In this document: piece after piece, positions 17,853 to 27,733 of the stretch
Layout: the number at the start of each line of letters is the position of its first letter
Position numbering within the stretch: position 1 is the stretch's first letter
Origin: Patescibacteria group bacterium
GTDB lineage: Bacteria; Patescibacteriota; Patescibacteriia; UBA11705; DATKZF01
NCBI GenBank assembly: GCA_049319825.1
Contig: JBMORT010000001.1
Coordinates: 1-32,129 of the forward strand
Direction: 5' to 3'
DNA length: 32,129 nt
Notes under the pieces: generated by a model
Told to the model about the DNA's origin: nothing
Database searches by the model: none
Seen by the model: only the letters and a program-made list of their open reading frames with translations
Translations under genes and position numbers: made by a program

Positions 17853-18806
17853 TCAAATATCTTTTAATGCTTTTTCAACATCATCCACTCCCTCCACTTT
17901 CACCAGCCTCTGTCTGACTCCGCCGGCTCCGGGAAATCCTTTGAAATAAAACAATAAAAATTTACGCATTTCCATTATTCCGTGATCGCCTTTTGTTTTA
18001 TGCATCAATTTGGCATGCTCCAGTGCCATTTTTTTTATTTGTTTTAAATTCCAAAGTTTATAATTCCCTTTTTGCAAATATTCCTTTATCAATTGCCCGA
18101 GATATGGTTTTTTCCACAAGCCTCTGGCTAACCCAATGCCGTCAACACCTGTTAAATCAAGCATCTCTTTCGCTTTTTCCGGCGTTTCAATGCCCCCGTT
18201 GCCTAAAACAACGCCGTCAAACTGCTTTTTTACTTTTTTTATCATTCCAAAGTCTATCGGCCCGCTAAATCCACCTTCATAGCTTCGGCCGTGAATCATT
18301 ATCGCAGCTACTGGCAAGTCTTTAATTTTTTTCACTAAATCCGTCGCATAAATTTCTTGTTCGCCATTTTTTATTGACGCTCTGATTTTTATGGAAACAG
18401 GAATTTTTGCTGAGTCGCAGGCGGCTTTAATAATTTCATGACACTTATCCAAATCTCGCATCAGGGTCACTCCTCCGCCATGCGCCACTACCTTTCTGGC
18501 CGGACAGCCGAAGTTAATATCAATGCCATCATAGCCGAAGCGCTCAACTATCTCAACCGCCTTAGCAAACATTTCCGGCCGCTTGCCGAAAAGCTGGCAC
18601 ACCACTGGCTTTTCTTTCTTATTAAACTTAAGCATCTCCAACGTTTTTTTCGAATCATAAAAAAGCGCGTCAGCGGAAATCATTTCAGTGTAAACCACGT
18701 CAGCGCCATACTTTTTGCAAATCAAACGAAAGGCGGAATCAGTGTAACCGGCCATCGGAGCGACCGCAATGATCGGTTTTTTAAATTTTTGCCAAAAGGT
18801 GTTCAT
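17853..18806 (-). CDS. dusB: tRNA-dihydrouridine synthase (DusB-like)
   Basis: APMAGYTD, YTEMIS, DINFGCP, IHGR and GNGG motifs. Confidence 0.88.
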   Translation of the reverse strand: MNTFWQKFKKPIIAVAPMAGYTDSAFRLICKKYGADVVYTEMISADALFYDSKKTLEMLKFNKKEKPVVCQLFGKRPEMFAKAVEIVERFGYDGIDINFGCPARKVVAHGGGVTLMRDLDKCHEIIKAACDSAKIPVSIKIRASIKNGEQEIYATDLVKKIKDLPVAAIMIHGRSYEGGFSGPIDFGMIKKVKKQFDGVVLGNGGIETPEKAKEMLDLTGVDGIGLARGLWKKPYLGQLIKEYLQKGNYKLWNLKQIKKMALEHAKLMHKTKGDHGIMEMRKFLLFYFKGFPGAGGVRQRLVKVEGVDDVEKALKDI

Positions 18807-18837
18807 GGAGGTATGTTTAAAATTAAAAAAAATATGA

Positions 18838-18954
18838 AGTTATGCAGTTCTATTGTTCTATGGTTCTTAGTTCCATCGTTAATACCTTGAATTCTGAATA
18901 ACAGGATAAAGGATACATAAATTCAAGCTTCGATACCGATACCGAAACCGCCGA
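18838..18954. repeat. Mixed short tandem repeats (8-mer GTTCTATN-like; 6-mer CGATAC)
   Basis: gttctatt gttctatg gttctta gttccatc; cgatac cgatac cgaaac. Confidence 0.5.
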
Positions 18955-20331
18955 TCACTTTTTAAATAATTCAAACCCATCCGCCGTATCCTCTATCTCC
19001 CAGCCCAGCGCTTCAATTTCTTTTCGAAAAGAATCTGCCTGCTCGAAATCTTTATTTTTTCTGGCAGACAGACGGTCCTCTGCCAATTTTTTTATTTCAG
19101 CCGGGATCGCTTCAGGATTTAAATCTGTCAAGCCAAGGCCCAGCACTGAATCGAATTCCAGCAAAGTCTCTCGCTTATCAGCAGGCTGCTCATCAGACTT
19201 TGCCAAATCCCAGACTATTGCCAGCGCTTGCGGCATATTAATATCATCGTTAATCGCCTGATGGAATTTTTCTTGCCAGGCAGTTAATACTTGGCCGGAA
19301 TTCTCACCCCAGCTTAAAAAGTCTCGCTTTAATTTTTTATGAGCATTCTGCGCCGCTTCCAGCGCCTCAAAAGTAAAATTCAGTTCTTTTCGATAATGCG
19401 TCCCCAATAATAAATAGCGATAATCAAGCGGCTCAAATCCTTTGGCGTGCAAATCTTTTATGGTCGTGATATTGCCCACTGATTTTGCCATCTTTTCATT
19501 ATTCATCAGAATAAAATTATTGTGAATCCAATAGTTCACAAACTGCTTTTCGGTCGCCGCTTCGCTTTGCGCGATTTCATTTGAATGATGCACGGGAATA
19601 TGATCAATGCCGCCGGTATGGATGTCCAAGGTCTTTCCGAGATACTTCATGGACATGGCCGAACATTCTATATGCCAGCCCGGGAATCCGACTCCCCATG
19701 GAGAATTCCATTCCATGTCGCGCTTTTTATCCTTTGGTGAAAATTTCCATAAAGCAAAGTCTGTCGGATTCTTCTTTTCGCCCAGGTCAATTCTTTTGCC
19801 GGCTTCCAGTCCGGCAATATCAAGCCGGGCCAGCTTGCCGTAATCTTTTAATTTGGAAGTGTCGAAATAAACGCCGTCAGAAGTTTGATAGGTAAAACTT
19901 TTGGCTTCCAATTTTTTTACCAGATCAATCATGGCTTTAATATGATCAGTCGCCTTGGCCCAGACCATTGGCTCAGTGCAGTTTAATTTAATAAAATCGC
20001 TTTTAAACGCTTCAGTATAAAACTCAGCAACCTGCCAGGCAGTTTTTCTTTCTGCTGCCGCTTTCTTGGCAATTTTATCTTCTCCGAAATCCGCGTCGCC
20101 GGTCAGATGGCCGACATCGGTGATATTGATCACTTGACGAACCTGATATCGGTTATAGACTAAAACTCTTTTTAACGTGTCGGCAAACACATAGCTTCTA
20201 AAATTCCCGATATGCGCGTAATCGTATACCGTTGGGCCGCATATGTACATGGAAACGCTTCTCCTCCACCAGCGCATCGGCTTAAATTTTTCTTTTTTCC
20301 GAGTGAGGGTGTTAAATAATTGCAATTTCAT
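18955..20331 (-). CDS. cysS: Cysteine--tRNA ligase
   Basis: [26 protein letters not shown] and KMAKS motifs. Confidence 0.97.
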   Translation of the reverse strand: MKLQLFNTLTRKKEKFKPMRWWRRSVSMYICGPTVYDYAHIGNFRSYVFADTLKRVLVYNRYQVRQVINITDVGHLTGDADFGEDKIAKKAAAERKTAWQVAEFYTEAFKSDFIKLNCTEPMVWAKATDHIKAMIDLVKKLEAKSFTYQTSDGVYFDTSKLKDYGKLARLDIAGLEAGKRIDLGEKKNPTDFALWKFSPKDKKRDMEWNSPWGVGFPGWHIECSAMSMKYLGKTLDIHTGGIDHIPVHHSNEIAQSEAATEKQFVNYWIHNNFILMNNEKMAKSVGNITTIKDLHAKGFEPLDYRYLLLGTHYRKELNFTFEALEAAQNAHKKLKRDFLSWGENSGQVLTAWQEKFHQAINDDINMPQALAIVWDLAKSDEQPADKRETLLEFDSVLGLGLTDLNPEAIPAEIKKLAEDRLSARKNKDFEQADSFRKEIEALGWEIEDTADGFELFKK

Positions 20332-20348
20332 ATGATAAGAAATAAATT

Positions 20349-20415
20349 ACTACTGCCCACCTGCCTGCCGGTCAGGCAGGCTGCCTCTTGCCCACTGCCT
20401 CTTGCCTACTGCCTA
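20349..20415. repeat. (C/T)TGCC(T/C)N heptamer array with nested 21-nt palindrome (20360-20380)
   Basis: ctgccca[cctgcctgccggtcaggcagg]ctgcctc ttgccca ctgcctc ttgccta ctgccta. Confidence 0.8.
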
Positions 20416-20450
20416 ATAATATAATTCAATTTTAGCAAAAAATAAAAAAA

Positions 20451-20468
20451 AAGTCCTGTTGAGGACTT
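20451..20468 (-). terminator. Terminator-like hairpin
   Basis: aagtcct-gttg-aggactt followed by a T-run on the minus strand. Confidence 0.55.
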
Positions 20469-20504
20469 ATATTATTTTATTTTATCTTATTACTCATTAC
20501 TTTT

Positions 20505-21023
20505 TTAATCCTCATTCTCCTTTACTAACAGCATGCCCGCAATCGGCAAAACCAGCCAGACTATCCGGCCAATATCACCGATAAAAATTTCCCGCGTTAA
20601 TTCACTAAAATTAGCTAAAAAATTAAACGGTAAAAAGGACATAATCACACTGATGAGCAAGCCAACCTGCAGAAAGCTGAACAATAACACATGCCACCAC
20701 TTGCCGCCGCTGTCGCCAATCACTCGGCCGACCGCGGATCTTGATATTAAGAAAAATAAGGCGATTAATAATACGATAAATACCCCGGCCTGCAAGACCA
20801 ACGCGTTATTAAAACTGATATTGCCGCTGATAACTCGATCCCATGGCACAGCATTGGCAATGGCGAGGGTGATATAAATTGACATCAATATCACGATGAT
20901 TCGGCTGCGCCCCATGGCCATGCCGTAAACCAGCGCGCCGATCACGAAAAATAACAGGACAATCACGTCCCAGCCGGGATTCGACCAATTGATATTTGAA
21001 AACCAATCTAATGCGGAAGACAT
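20505..21023 (-). CDS. Hypothetical multi-pass membrane protein
   Basis: About five hydrophobic segments; start set at MSSALD. Confidence 0.8.
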   Translation of the reverse strand: MSSALDWFSNINWSNPGWDVIVLLFFVIGALVYGMAMGRSRIIVILMSIYITLAIANAVPWDRVISGNISFNNALVLQAGVFIVLLIALFFLISRSAVGRVIGDSGGKWWHVLLFSFLQVGLLISVIMSFLPFNFLANFSELTREIFIGDIGRIVWLVLPIAGMLLVKENED

Positions 21024-21122
21024 AATTTTATTTTTATTTGAGAAATAAATTCGTAATATGGATTCCTTAATCCCATACCTACAGCTTACCAACTACAACC
21101 TATTATACCATGTTCCGACTCC

Positions 21123-21704
21123 CTACGCCACTTTTTCCATTACTTGCGATTTGATTTGCTCGGGGAGAGACTGATACAATCTGTTATATTTTCTTTCCAA
21201 ATCAGCTTTTTCAGCCATGTTAGGCCATATTGAAATGGCATCGCCGATGGTTTCGATGGAACCGGAAAACCTGCGAACGAATTCCACATCTTTTAGATAA
21301 GCTCTGTTCGACGCCATTTGCCGCAACGCGCCGATAAAACCGGCCAACTCATCAGCATCGTGCGTCATTTCTCTAAAATCCATTTTTGCTTTCAGTAGCG
21401 CATCCAATCCCGGGCCTATTTTAAGCGCCGGCATTTCTCTGGTTTCATCCCGATCTTCATGAGCTCTTGATTCGCGGCCTTCAAATAATCCTTGCAATAC
21501 TTCGCGCACTGCTTCTCCCTGAATACCCTTCAATGCTTTAATGGCTTCATCTTCTCTGCCGATAAAAAGATCGGGGTCTTGTTTAAAAAGTCTGATAATT
21601 TCATTTTGAGCGAATCTCTTTGACTTCTCATCCCCTGCCCGATAATCATCCAATGCCGCATCCAGCGCGCTTGGCTGCTGTTTGATCACTTCAAATTTTG
21701 GCAT
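21123..21704 (-). CDS. Hypothetical protein
   Basis: 193-aa ORF starting 4 nt after the dnaJ stop. Confidence 0.65.
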   Translation of the reverse strand: MPKFEVIKQQPSALDAALDDYRAGDEKSKRFAQNEIIRLFKQDPDLFIGREDEAIKALKGIQGEAVREVLQGLFEGRESRAHEDRDETREMPALKIGPGLDALLKAKMDFREMTHDADELAGFIGALRQMASNRAYLKDVEFVRRFSGSIETIGDAISIWPNMAEKADLERKYNRLYQSLPEQIKSQVMEKVA

Positions 21705-21708
21705 ACAT

Positions 21709-22776
21709 TCATAAATCTAATTCTTTAAGTAGTTGCTTTTGTTTACGATTCAAATCTTTGGGAACTATTACTTCTATAGTCACCCAATGGTCGCCTCGGC
21801 CATAGCCTCGCAGCCTGGGCACGCCCTTGCCTTTTAATCGAAATCTCGTGCCCGGCTGAGTGCCGGCCGGAATTTTCAAATCCACTGGTCCGTCAATTGT
21901 ATTTATTTCTATTTTATCACCTAACGCCGCCTGCGCAAAGCTGATCTGTTGATTAGTTAAAATATCATAGTTATCGCGATGAAAATCAAAATCAGGCTTA
22001 ATTTTGATATGAACATACAAATCTCCCGCAGATCCGCCTGATCCGGCTTCTCCCTGACCGCTTAACTTAAGGCTTTCGCCGTTATTTATACCGGCCGGAA
22101 CTGAAACTTTGATTTCAGCATCGCCCTTAATAATGCCGATTCCGGAGCATTTTGAGCACTTTTTTTCCGGTATTTTTCCTTGTCCCTGGCAAGCTGAGCA
22201 AGTGGTTTGCGTCTGAATCGCGCCCAAAAATGTCTGCTGGACACGGGTCTGCCGGCCGGAGCCGCCACAAGCGGCGCAGGTATTGATTTTCGTGCCCGGC
22301 TCTGCTCCATTTCCGTGGCAAACAGGGCAAACAATATTTTTGTACAGCTTAATTTGCTTTTCGGTTCCGAATGCCGCTTCTTTGAATTGAAGCTCAAGGT
22401 CAACTTCAATATCCGCTCCCCGGGCCTTTCTTTTCGTTTTCGATCCAAATCCGAAAACATCACCGAAAATGTCGCCGAGGTCGCCCATGTCGAAATTGAC
22501 GGATGAAAATCCACTACCAAACGGATTTTGGCCGCCAAACCCGTTAAATCCGCCAGCTCCGGCCTGATCAAACGTCGAACCGAATTGATCATACTGCTGG
22601 CGTTTATTCGCATCGCCGAGTACCTGATAAGCTTCGTTTATTTCTTTAAACTTTTGCTCGTCGCCACCCGGTTTGTCCGGATGATACTGTTGCGCGAGTT
22701 TTCTAAAAGCGCGCTTAATCTCATCTTGACTGGCGGTTTTTTCGATTCCCAGTATTTTATAATAGTCTTTTGACAT
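21709..22776 (-). CDS. dnaJ: Chaperone DnaJ
   Basis: J domain with HPD, G/F region and four CxxCxGxG motifs. Confidence 0.97.
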   Translation of the reverse strand: MSKDYYKILGIEKTASQDEIKRAFRKLAQQYHPDKPGGDEQKFKEINEAYQVLGDANKRQQYDQFGSTFDQAGAGGFNGFGGQNPFGSGFSSVNFDMGDLGDIFGDVFGFGSKTKRKARGADIEVDLELQFKEAAFGTEKQIKLYKNIVCPVCHGNGAEPGTKINTCAACGGSGRQTRVQQTFLGAIQTQTTCSACQGQGKIPEKKCSKCSGIGIIKGDAEIKVSVPAGINNGESLKLSGQGEAGSGGSAGDLYVHIKIKPDFDFHRDNYDILTNQQISFAQAALGDKIEINTIDGPVDLKIPAGTQPGTRFRLKGKGVPRLRGYGRGDHWVTIEVIVPKDLNRKQKQLLKELDL

Positions 22777-22826
22777 GTTAAAAAATTAAAAATAAAAAAG
22801 AAAAACAACAATGTAAAATTCGAAAA

Positions 22827-23261
22827 TTATCCTGTGTTTTTTTCTTTAAATCCCAAAATCCGCATTTCTTCCCTGGCCTGTTCTTCATTCAAAGCAAAAT
22901 ACGGATCATCTTCGGTTTCGTTGCTTTCGGTTTTCGGAATTAAAAAATTAAACTGATTTGATTTCATCACCTCAATTCGGCTCTGCCGCGCCCAGTAAAT
23001 CAAATCTTGATCCATCGTCACCAATACGTATTGATTGGGGTTTCCCGCCGCTTTCATGATCTGCTTGATTTCATGGTCCGCGTCGCCGACAAATCTGACC
23101 GCCACCCGCGGCGTGGAAAAATCTTCTGGTGAATAGCCGTCGAAAACAATCAAAGCATTTTTATGGTAAAAGCAACAGAACCGATTGATTTTCTCCACCA
23201 GCTCGTCGCGGGTTTCGAGGTCGGTTTCATATAGCAAATTATAACCATCAATCAAATACAT
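22827..23261 (-). CDS. NYN/PIN-like domain protein (YacP/Rae1-like)
   Basis: YLIDGYNLL, IVFDG, ADHEI and LVT.D motifs; the upstream ORF extension is repeat-derived. Confidence 0.8.
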   Translation of the reverse strand: MYLIDGYNLLYETDLETRDELVEKINRFCCFYHKNALIVFDGYSPEDFSTPRVAVRFVGDADHEIKQIMKAAGNPNQYVLVTMDQDLIYWARQSRIEVMKSNQFNFLIPKTESNETEDDPYFALNEEQAREEMRILGFKEKNTG

Positions 23262-23269
23262 ACCTAAAA

Positions 23270-23380
23270 AGCAAGGCAATAGGCAGAAGGCCACAGGCAA
23301 TAGTGATTCCATGGCTACTGCCTATTGCTTACTACCTACCTGCCTGCCGGTCAGGCAGGCTGCCTCTTGCTTACTGCCTA
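23270..23380. repeat. Inverted heptamer array (AGGCAAT / CTGCCTA) with nested 21-nt palindrome (23339-23359)
   Basis: Left arm about 23270-23303, right arm about 23315-23380; palindrome identical to 20360-20380. Confidence 0.8.
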
Positions 23381-23676
23381 TCGACGAATCCGACGTCATT
23401 CTTCGGCGCATTGGCCATTTCAATCTCGCCATAAGTATTTTCATACTTTTTAAGACTATCCTGCAGCGCCAAAACTATCCTTTTAAAATGCCCGGGGCTG
23501 GTAAAGATTCTGGCACTCAAGGCGCCCTGCGGCGGTTGCAGCGTTAAAAAATCCAGGCAAAATTCTTCTTTGTTGTGCCGCGCCTGCATGGCATTGGCAT
23601 AAACGCCCCGCATGGCTTCATCAGTGGCTTTGATTTGGATTTGATTTGGTTGTGGTTGTGGGTTTTGTCCGTTCAT
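23371..23676 (-). CDS. DUF3467 family protein
   Basis: GVYAN, EEFCLDF, ARIFTSPGHFKR and YENTYGEI motifs. Confidence 0.88.
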   Translation of the reverse strand: MNGQNPQPQPNQIQIKATDEAMRGVYANAMQARHNKEEFCLDFLTLQPPQGALSARIFTSPGHFKRIVLALQDSLKKYENTYGEIEMANAPKNDVGFVDRQ

Positions 23677-23683
23677 ATATAAT

Positions 23684-23793
23684 CGATGCGGATATACTAA
23701 TTATACTAATGATACGAATTTAACTTTTCTTTATTAGTATAATTCGTACGCATTCGCCTGCCCTGAGCGCAGTCGAAGGGTATATTAGCATCG
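23684..23793. mobile_element. Empty inverted-repeat element, ATAC(T/G)AAT family, copy 2, with nested hairpin at 23757-23780
   Basis: Arms homologous to 6272-6404; insert cctgccctgagcgcagtcgaaggg. Confidence 0.8.
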
Positions 23794-23795
23794 CG

Positions 23796-25688
23796 TTATT
23801 TTTTCTCCTCAAAATCCCCCTCCTTGGTTTTATCGTCTTTTTTTTCTTCATTTTTTGGCTGATCCGGCGGCGTCTGTTGAGCCTGCTGATTGGCGTACAT
23901 CGCCTGCCCAATCTTTTGCGCCACCTGCCCCAGTTCATCGGTCGCCTTTTTAATCGATTCGATATCATCGCTGTCCTTAACTTTCTTCAAGGCTTCCAGT
24001 TTCTCTTGAATCGCATTTTTATCCTCATCCTTCATTTTATCAGCCTGCTCTTTCATTAATTTTTCAGTGGTGTAAACCAAGCTTTCAGCAATATTTTTCG
24101 CTTCGATCGCATCTTTCTTTTTCTTATCTTCCTCCGCGTGGACTTCAGCGTCCTTTTTCATTTTTTCCACCTCATCCTTTGATAAACCCGAAGAAGCGGT
24201 AATCGTGATTTTCTGCTCTTTGCCGGTGGCTTTATCCTTGGCGGAAACATTTAAAATTCCATTGGCGTCAATGTCAAAGGTCACTTCAACCTGAGGCACG
24301 CCTCTCGGCGCCGGCGGAATGCCGTCCAAAATAAATCTGCCCAAAGTTTTATTATCGCCGGCCAGCTCTCTTTCGCCCTGCAATACATGAATCTCGACTG
24401 ACGGCTGATTATCCGAAGCTGTTGAAAAAACTTGGGTTTTTGAAGTCGGAATGGTCGTATTTCGCTCGATCAGTCTGGTCATCACACTGCCCAAAGTTTC
24501 CAATCCGAGTGACAGCGGCGTAACATCGAGCAGCAGCACGTCTTTGACATCGCCCTGCAATACGCCGGCCTGAACAGCAGCGCCGATGGCCACCACTTCA
24601 TCAGGATTAACTTCGAGGTTGGGCTTTTTGGCAAAAAATTCTTCCACCTTTTTTTGAACCAAAGGCATTCTGGTCATGCCGCCGACCATAATCACTTCGT
24701 CAATTTTCGATTTCTCCATTTTCGCATCTTCCAGCGCTTTCCGGCACGGCTCAATAGTATTTTCAACCAAATCCATCACCAGCTCTTCGAGCTTGGCGCG
24801 GGACAATTTCAGATCCAAGTGAAGCGGGCTGCCGTCTTTATCCTGCGTGATGTACGGCTGATTGATCAAAGCCTCCATTGACGAGCTCAGCTCGTGTTTG
24901 GCTTTTTCCGCTGACTCTTTGATTCGCTGTAGAGCCATTTGATCCTTGGACAAGTCGACGGCGTTCGCTTTTTTGAATTCCTCGATTATCCAGTCGATAA
25001 TTTTTTTGTCAAAGTCATCGCCGCCCAGGTGCGTGTCGCCATTGGTGGACAATACTTCAATCGTGTCGTCGCCGATATCCAAAATCGAAATATCAAAAGT
25101 TCCGCCGCCCAGGTCATATACCGCGATCTTTTGGTTTTTCTTTTTATCAAATCCGTAAGCCAGCGCGGCCGCTGTCGGCTCATTGATAATTCTTTTCACT
25201 TTCAAACCGGCGATTTCTCCCGCATCTTTAGTCGCCTGCCGCTGGGAATCGTCAAAATAAGCCGGTACGGTGATCACCGCCTCTTCGACTTTATCGCCCA
25301 AGCGAGCTTCGGCATCAACCTTTAATTTTTGCAAAATCATGGCCGAGACTTCCTGCGGAGAATATTCTTTGCCATCCATGATAATCTTAACCCCTTGGCC
25401 GGATTGCTTGATCTCATAAGGCATGGTTTCCATGTCTTTATTGATTTCAGGATCATCAGCTCTTCGGCCGATCAATCTTTTAACTGAATAAATAGTATTT
25501 TTCGGATTGGTAACCGCCTGATGCTTGGCTGTCTGGCCGACGAGCCTTTCGCCGGTCTTTGAAATGGCGACGACAGACGGAGTAGTCCTATTTCCTTCGG
25601 CATTTTCTAAAACTTTCGGCTTTCCTCCTTCGACAACAGCCATGCAGCTATTGGTGGTTCCTAAATCGATTCCTAAAATTTTTGGCAT
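23796..25688 (-). CDS. dnaK: Chaperone DnaK
   Basis: [23 protein letters not shown] and [15 protein letters not shown] motifs. Confidence 0.98.
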   Translation of the reverse strand: MPKILGIDLGTTNSCMAVVEGGKPKVLENAEGNRTTPSVVAISKTGERLVGQTAKHQAVTNPKNTIYSVKRLIGRRADDPEINKDMETMPYEIKQSGQGVKIIMDGKEYSPQEVSAMILQKLKVDAEARLGDKVEEAVITVPAYFDDSQRQATKDAGEIAGLKVKRIINEPTAAALAYGFDKKKNQKIAVYDLGGGTFDISILDIGDDTIEVLSTNGDTHLGGDDFDKKIIDWIIEEFKKANAVDLSKDQMALQRIKESAEKAKHELSSSMEALINQPYITQDKDGSPLHLDLKLSRAKLEELVMDLVENTIEPCRKALEDAKMEKSKIDEVIMVGGMTRMPLVQKKVEEFFAKKPNLEVNPDEVVAIGAAVQAGVLQGDVKDVLLLDVTPLSLGLETLGSVMTRLIERNTTIPTSKTQVFSTASDNQPSVEIHVLQGERELAGDNKTLGRFILDGIPPAPRGVPQVEVTFDIDANGILNVSAKDKATGKEQKITITASSGLSKDEVEKMKKDAEVHAEEDKKKKDAIEAKNIAESLVYTTEKLMKEQADKMKDEDKNAIQEKLEALKKVKDSDDIESIKKATDELGQVAQKIGQAMYANQQAQQTPPDQPKNEEKKDDKTKEGDFEEKK

Positions 25689-25696
25689 ATTTATGT

Positions 25697-25777
25697 CGAT
25701 GCGAAGATACTAATTATGCTAATGATACTAATTGAGGAATATTCGTATAATTAGTATGCATTCGTATATTAGTATCG
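25697..25777. mobile_element. Empty inverted-repeat element, ATAC(T/G)AAT family, copy 3
   Basis: Arms 25697-25733 and 25740-25777 with a very short spacer. Confidence 0.78.
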
Positions 25778-25852
25778 CTTTTTTTAATCTTTATTCACCC
25801 AGACCCAGCAGCGCTGCTGAGCCTGATGAGTAAACATTATTCCAATAAATAT

Positions 25853-25885
25853 TGCTTCATGCTTCATTCTTCATGATTCATGATT
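25853..25885. repeat. Heptamer array (TTCATGC/TTCATTC/TTCATGA) overlapping the hsp20 stop
   Basis: gcttcat gcttcat tcttcat gattcat gatt. Confidence 0.65.
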
Positions 25886-26306
25886 TCTTTTTTTTAGCGA
25901 TCACTTTCACCTTTTTCGCTTCCTTAGCTTTTTCCTTCGGAATAATCACTTTCAAAACTCCGTCCTCGAAATTGGCTTCGGCTTTATCACCCTGCACATG
26001 AGCGGGCAATAGAATCGAGCGATAAAAGCTGCCTGCGTGCATTTCTTTTCGATAATAATTTTTCTCTTCGACTTCGGACTTCTTCTCGGCTTTTCCCTGA
26101 ATGGTTAAAACGTCATCTTGCACGGAAATATCGACCTTTTCAGGATCGATTCCCGGCAATTGCGCTTCAACAATCACATTGTTGCCTTTCTCATACATAT
26201 CGATTGCCGGCGAGAATCCGGCGACCGAGCCTTTTCGCAAATCTTCAAAGACTTTGTCCAAGTCTCCGAAAGGCTCCATGAATGGACTCCATTTGATTAA
26301 TGGCAT
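25878..26306 (-). CDS. Small heat shock protein (Hsp20/alpha-crystallin)
   Basis: PAIDMYE, LPGID, GSFYRSILLP and FEDGVLKVIIPK; start MPLIKW with GGAGGAG RBS. Confidence 0.93.
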   Translation of the reverse strand: MPLIKWSPFMEPFGDLDKVFEDLRKGSVAGFSPAIDMYEKGNNVIVEAQLPGIDPEKVDISVQDDVLTIQGKAEKKSEVEEKNYYRKEMHAGSFYRSILLPAHVQGDKAEANFEDGVLKVIIPKEKAKEAKKVKVIAKKKKS

Positions 26307-26354
26307 ATTTTCTCCTCCGTTGTTAACCAGATGGTTAACATTATTTATTTTATT

Positions 26355-26453
26355 AAATTCCAAATCACAAATCACAAATTTCAAATAAATCTCAAATTCA
26401 AATGATCTAAATCCCAAACGTTTGTTTTTTGGCGCTTGTTATTTGTTATTTAG
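26355..26453. repeat. Inverted heptamer array (AAATCAC/AAATCTC vs TTTGTTA) overlapping the grpE stop
   Basis: About 9 left units at 26355-26419 and complementary right units at 26421-26453. Confidence 0.7.
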
Positions 26454-26919
26454 ACACAACCACTTTTGCGAATGCCACTGTCTCCCCCTTCAAGGTATAT
26501 CCGGGCGCGACTTCCTTTATAATAATTCCGCTTTCCTCCTTAGACTCTTCCTGGCCGGTGGCTTCATGCCGCTGGGGGTCAAACTTTTCGCCGATAGTTT
26601 TAATTTGCTCGATCCCCCAGTCTTTCAAAGTATCTTCCAGCTGCCTTTTGATATATTCAAAGCCCTTTACCCAGGCCTCATCCTTTTTATCCTCAGGCAC
26701 GCTTTTAAATGCCTGGCTGAAGCTGTTTAAAACAGGCAGTAAGCTGTTAATCAAATCTTTTTTAACATAGCCGGCGCATGCCAATTGCTTTTGCGCGGAT
26801 TCTCTTTGCAAATTTTCATAATCGGCGCGAGCCCGCTGCCAGCCTGCCAGATTTTCTGCGACTTTCCTTTCCAGCTCCCCGATTTTCTTTTTCAAATTAT
26901 CTTTTTGCGCTTGAGTCAT
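26446..26919 (-). CDS. grpE: Nucleotide exchange factor GrpE
   Basis: RARADYEN, LLPVL, FDPQRHEA and GYTL motifs. Confidence 0.95.
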   Translation of the reverse strand: MTQAQKDNLKKKIGELERKVAENLAGWQRARADYENLQRESAQKQLACAGYVKKDLINSLLPVLNSFSQAFKSVPEDKKDEAWVKGFEYIKRQLEDTLKDWGIEQIKTIGEKFDPQRHEATGQEESKEESGIIIKEVAPGYTLKGETVAFAKVVVSK

Positions 26920-26946
26920 ATTAATAATTTTCGGTTTATTTGCTAT

Positions 26947-27627
26947 TTACAATTTTTTTATATTGTTCAACAACGCCAAATTATTGTCATAATCCATCCT
27001 CATCGGCCCCAAAATCGTAACCAATGCCTTTTTATACGGAATCATCAAGGAACTGCATGACGTACTGAAAATATTATCAGCGCCGATTTTGATTTCCACC
27101 TCTTTCAAACAAATTTTTTGATCAAATATTTTATGAATGGCGCCGTCCAGCTGATCAAGCACTGAGCTCAGCTGGCAAATCAGATGCTTTTCTTCAAATT
27201 CAGGCTTAGCAAATAAATTGCTCAGGCCGGTATAGTATATATCATTATTTCCGAAAGCGACAATGATCGCTTCTCCGCTGGTCTCGGCCAAATATTTGGC
27301 CAGCTCTTTTAATCCTGCCCGGAAATCTTTGGCAATTAAATTTTTTTTCTTTTTTATTTCGCTCACCTGTTTTTCAGACAATGTTTTTTCTTTGAGAAAA
27401 TTTTCAATATAAAACTTGAAGCCTTTCTCAGTCGGTATCCTGCCGGCTGATGTGTGCGGCTGATAAATAAGTCCTTCTTTTTCCAGCTCGACCATGTCGT
27501 TTCTGACCGTGGCCGAGCTGACCGCGCCTCTTAATTTCTCAACCAAAAATCCTGAAGCGATCGGCTGAGCGGTTTTTATGTAATTGGAAGTCAAATGTTT
27601 TATAAGCTCCTTTTGCCTGTTTTTCAT
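26947..27627 (-). CDS. hrcA: Heat-inducible transcription repressor HrcA (short form)
   Basis: SSATVRNDM, QPHTSAGRIPTEKG and ILGPMRMDY; ATG at 27627. Confidence 0.93.
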   Translation of the reverse strand: MKNRQKELIKHLTSNYIKTAQPIASGFLVEKLRGAVSSATVRNDMVELEKEGLIYQPHTSAGRIPTEKGFKFYIENFLKEKTLSEKQVSEIKKKKNLIAKDFRAGLKELAKYLAETSGEAIIVAFGNNDIYYTGLSNLFAKPEFEEKHLICQLSSVLDQLDGAIHKIFDQKICLKEVEIKIGADNIFSTSCSSLMIPYKKALVTILGPMRMDYDNNLALLNNIKKL

Positions 27628-27628
27628 A

Positions 27629-27655
27629 TTAGCAGTCAAAGCTTTAGAGTGCTAA
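27629..27655 (-). promoter_or_regulatory. CIRCE operator
   Basis: TTAGCACTC-N9-GACTGCTAA on the minus strand, one mismatch to consensus, 1 nt before the hrcA ATG. Confidence 0.93.
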
Positions 27656-27659
27656 ATTC

Positions 27660-27687
27660 AGTATAACACTAATAAAAACTGCGTCAA
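27660..27687 (-). promoter_or_regulatory. Sigma70-type promoter of the hrcA operon
   Basis: TTGACG-N16-TATACT with TG extension, immediately upstream of CIRCE. Confidence 0.7.
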
Positions 27688-27733
27688 GAGATTAAAAAAC
27701 CCCAGAAAATATTATTTCTAAGGCTTATTCATA

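Noticed and set aside
25801-25825. Palindrome around cagcagcgctgctg as an ncRNA or element
   Set aside because: Single short copy; cannot be distinguished from an ordinary hairpin
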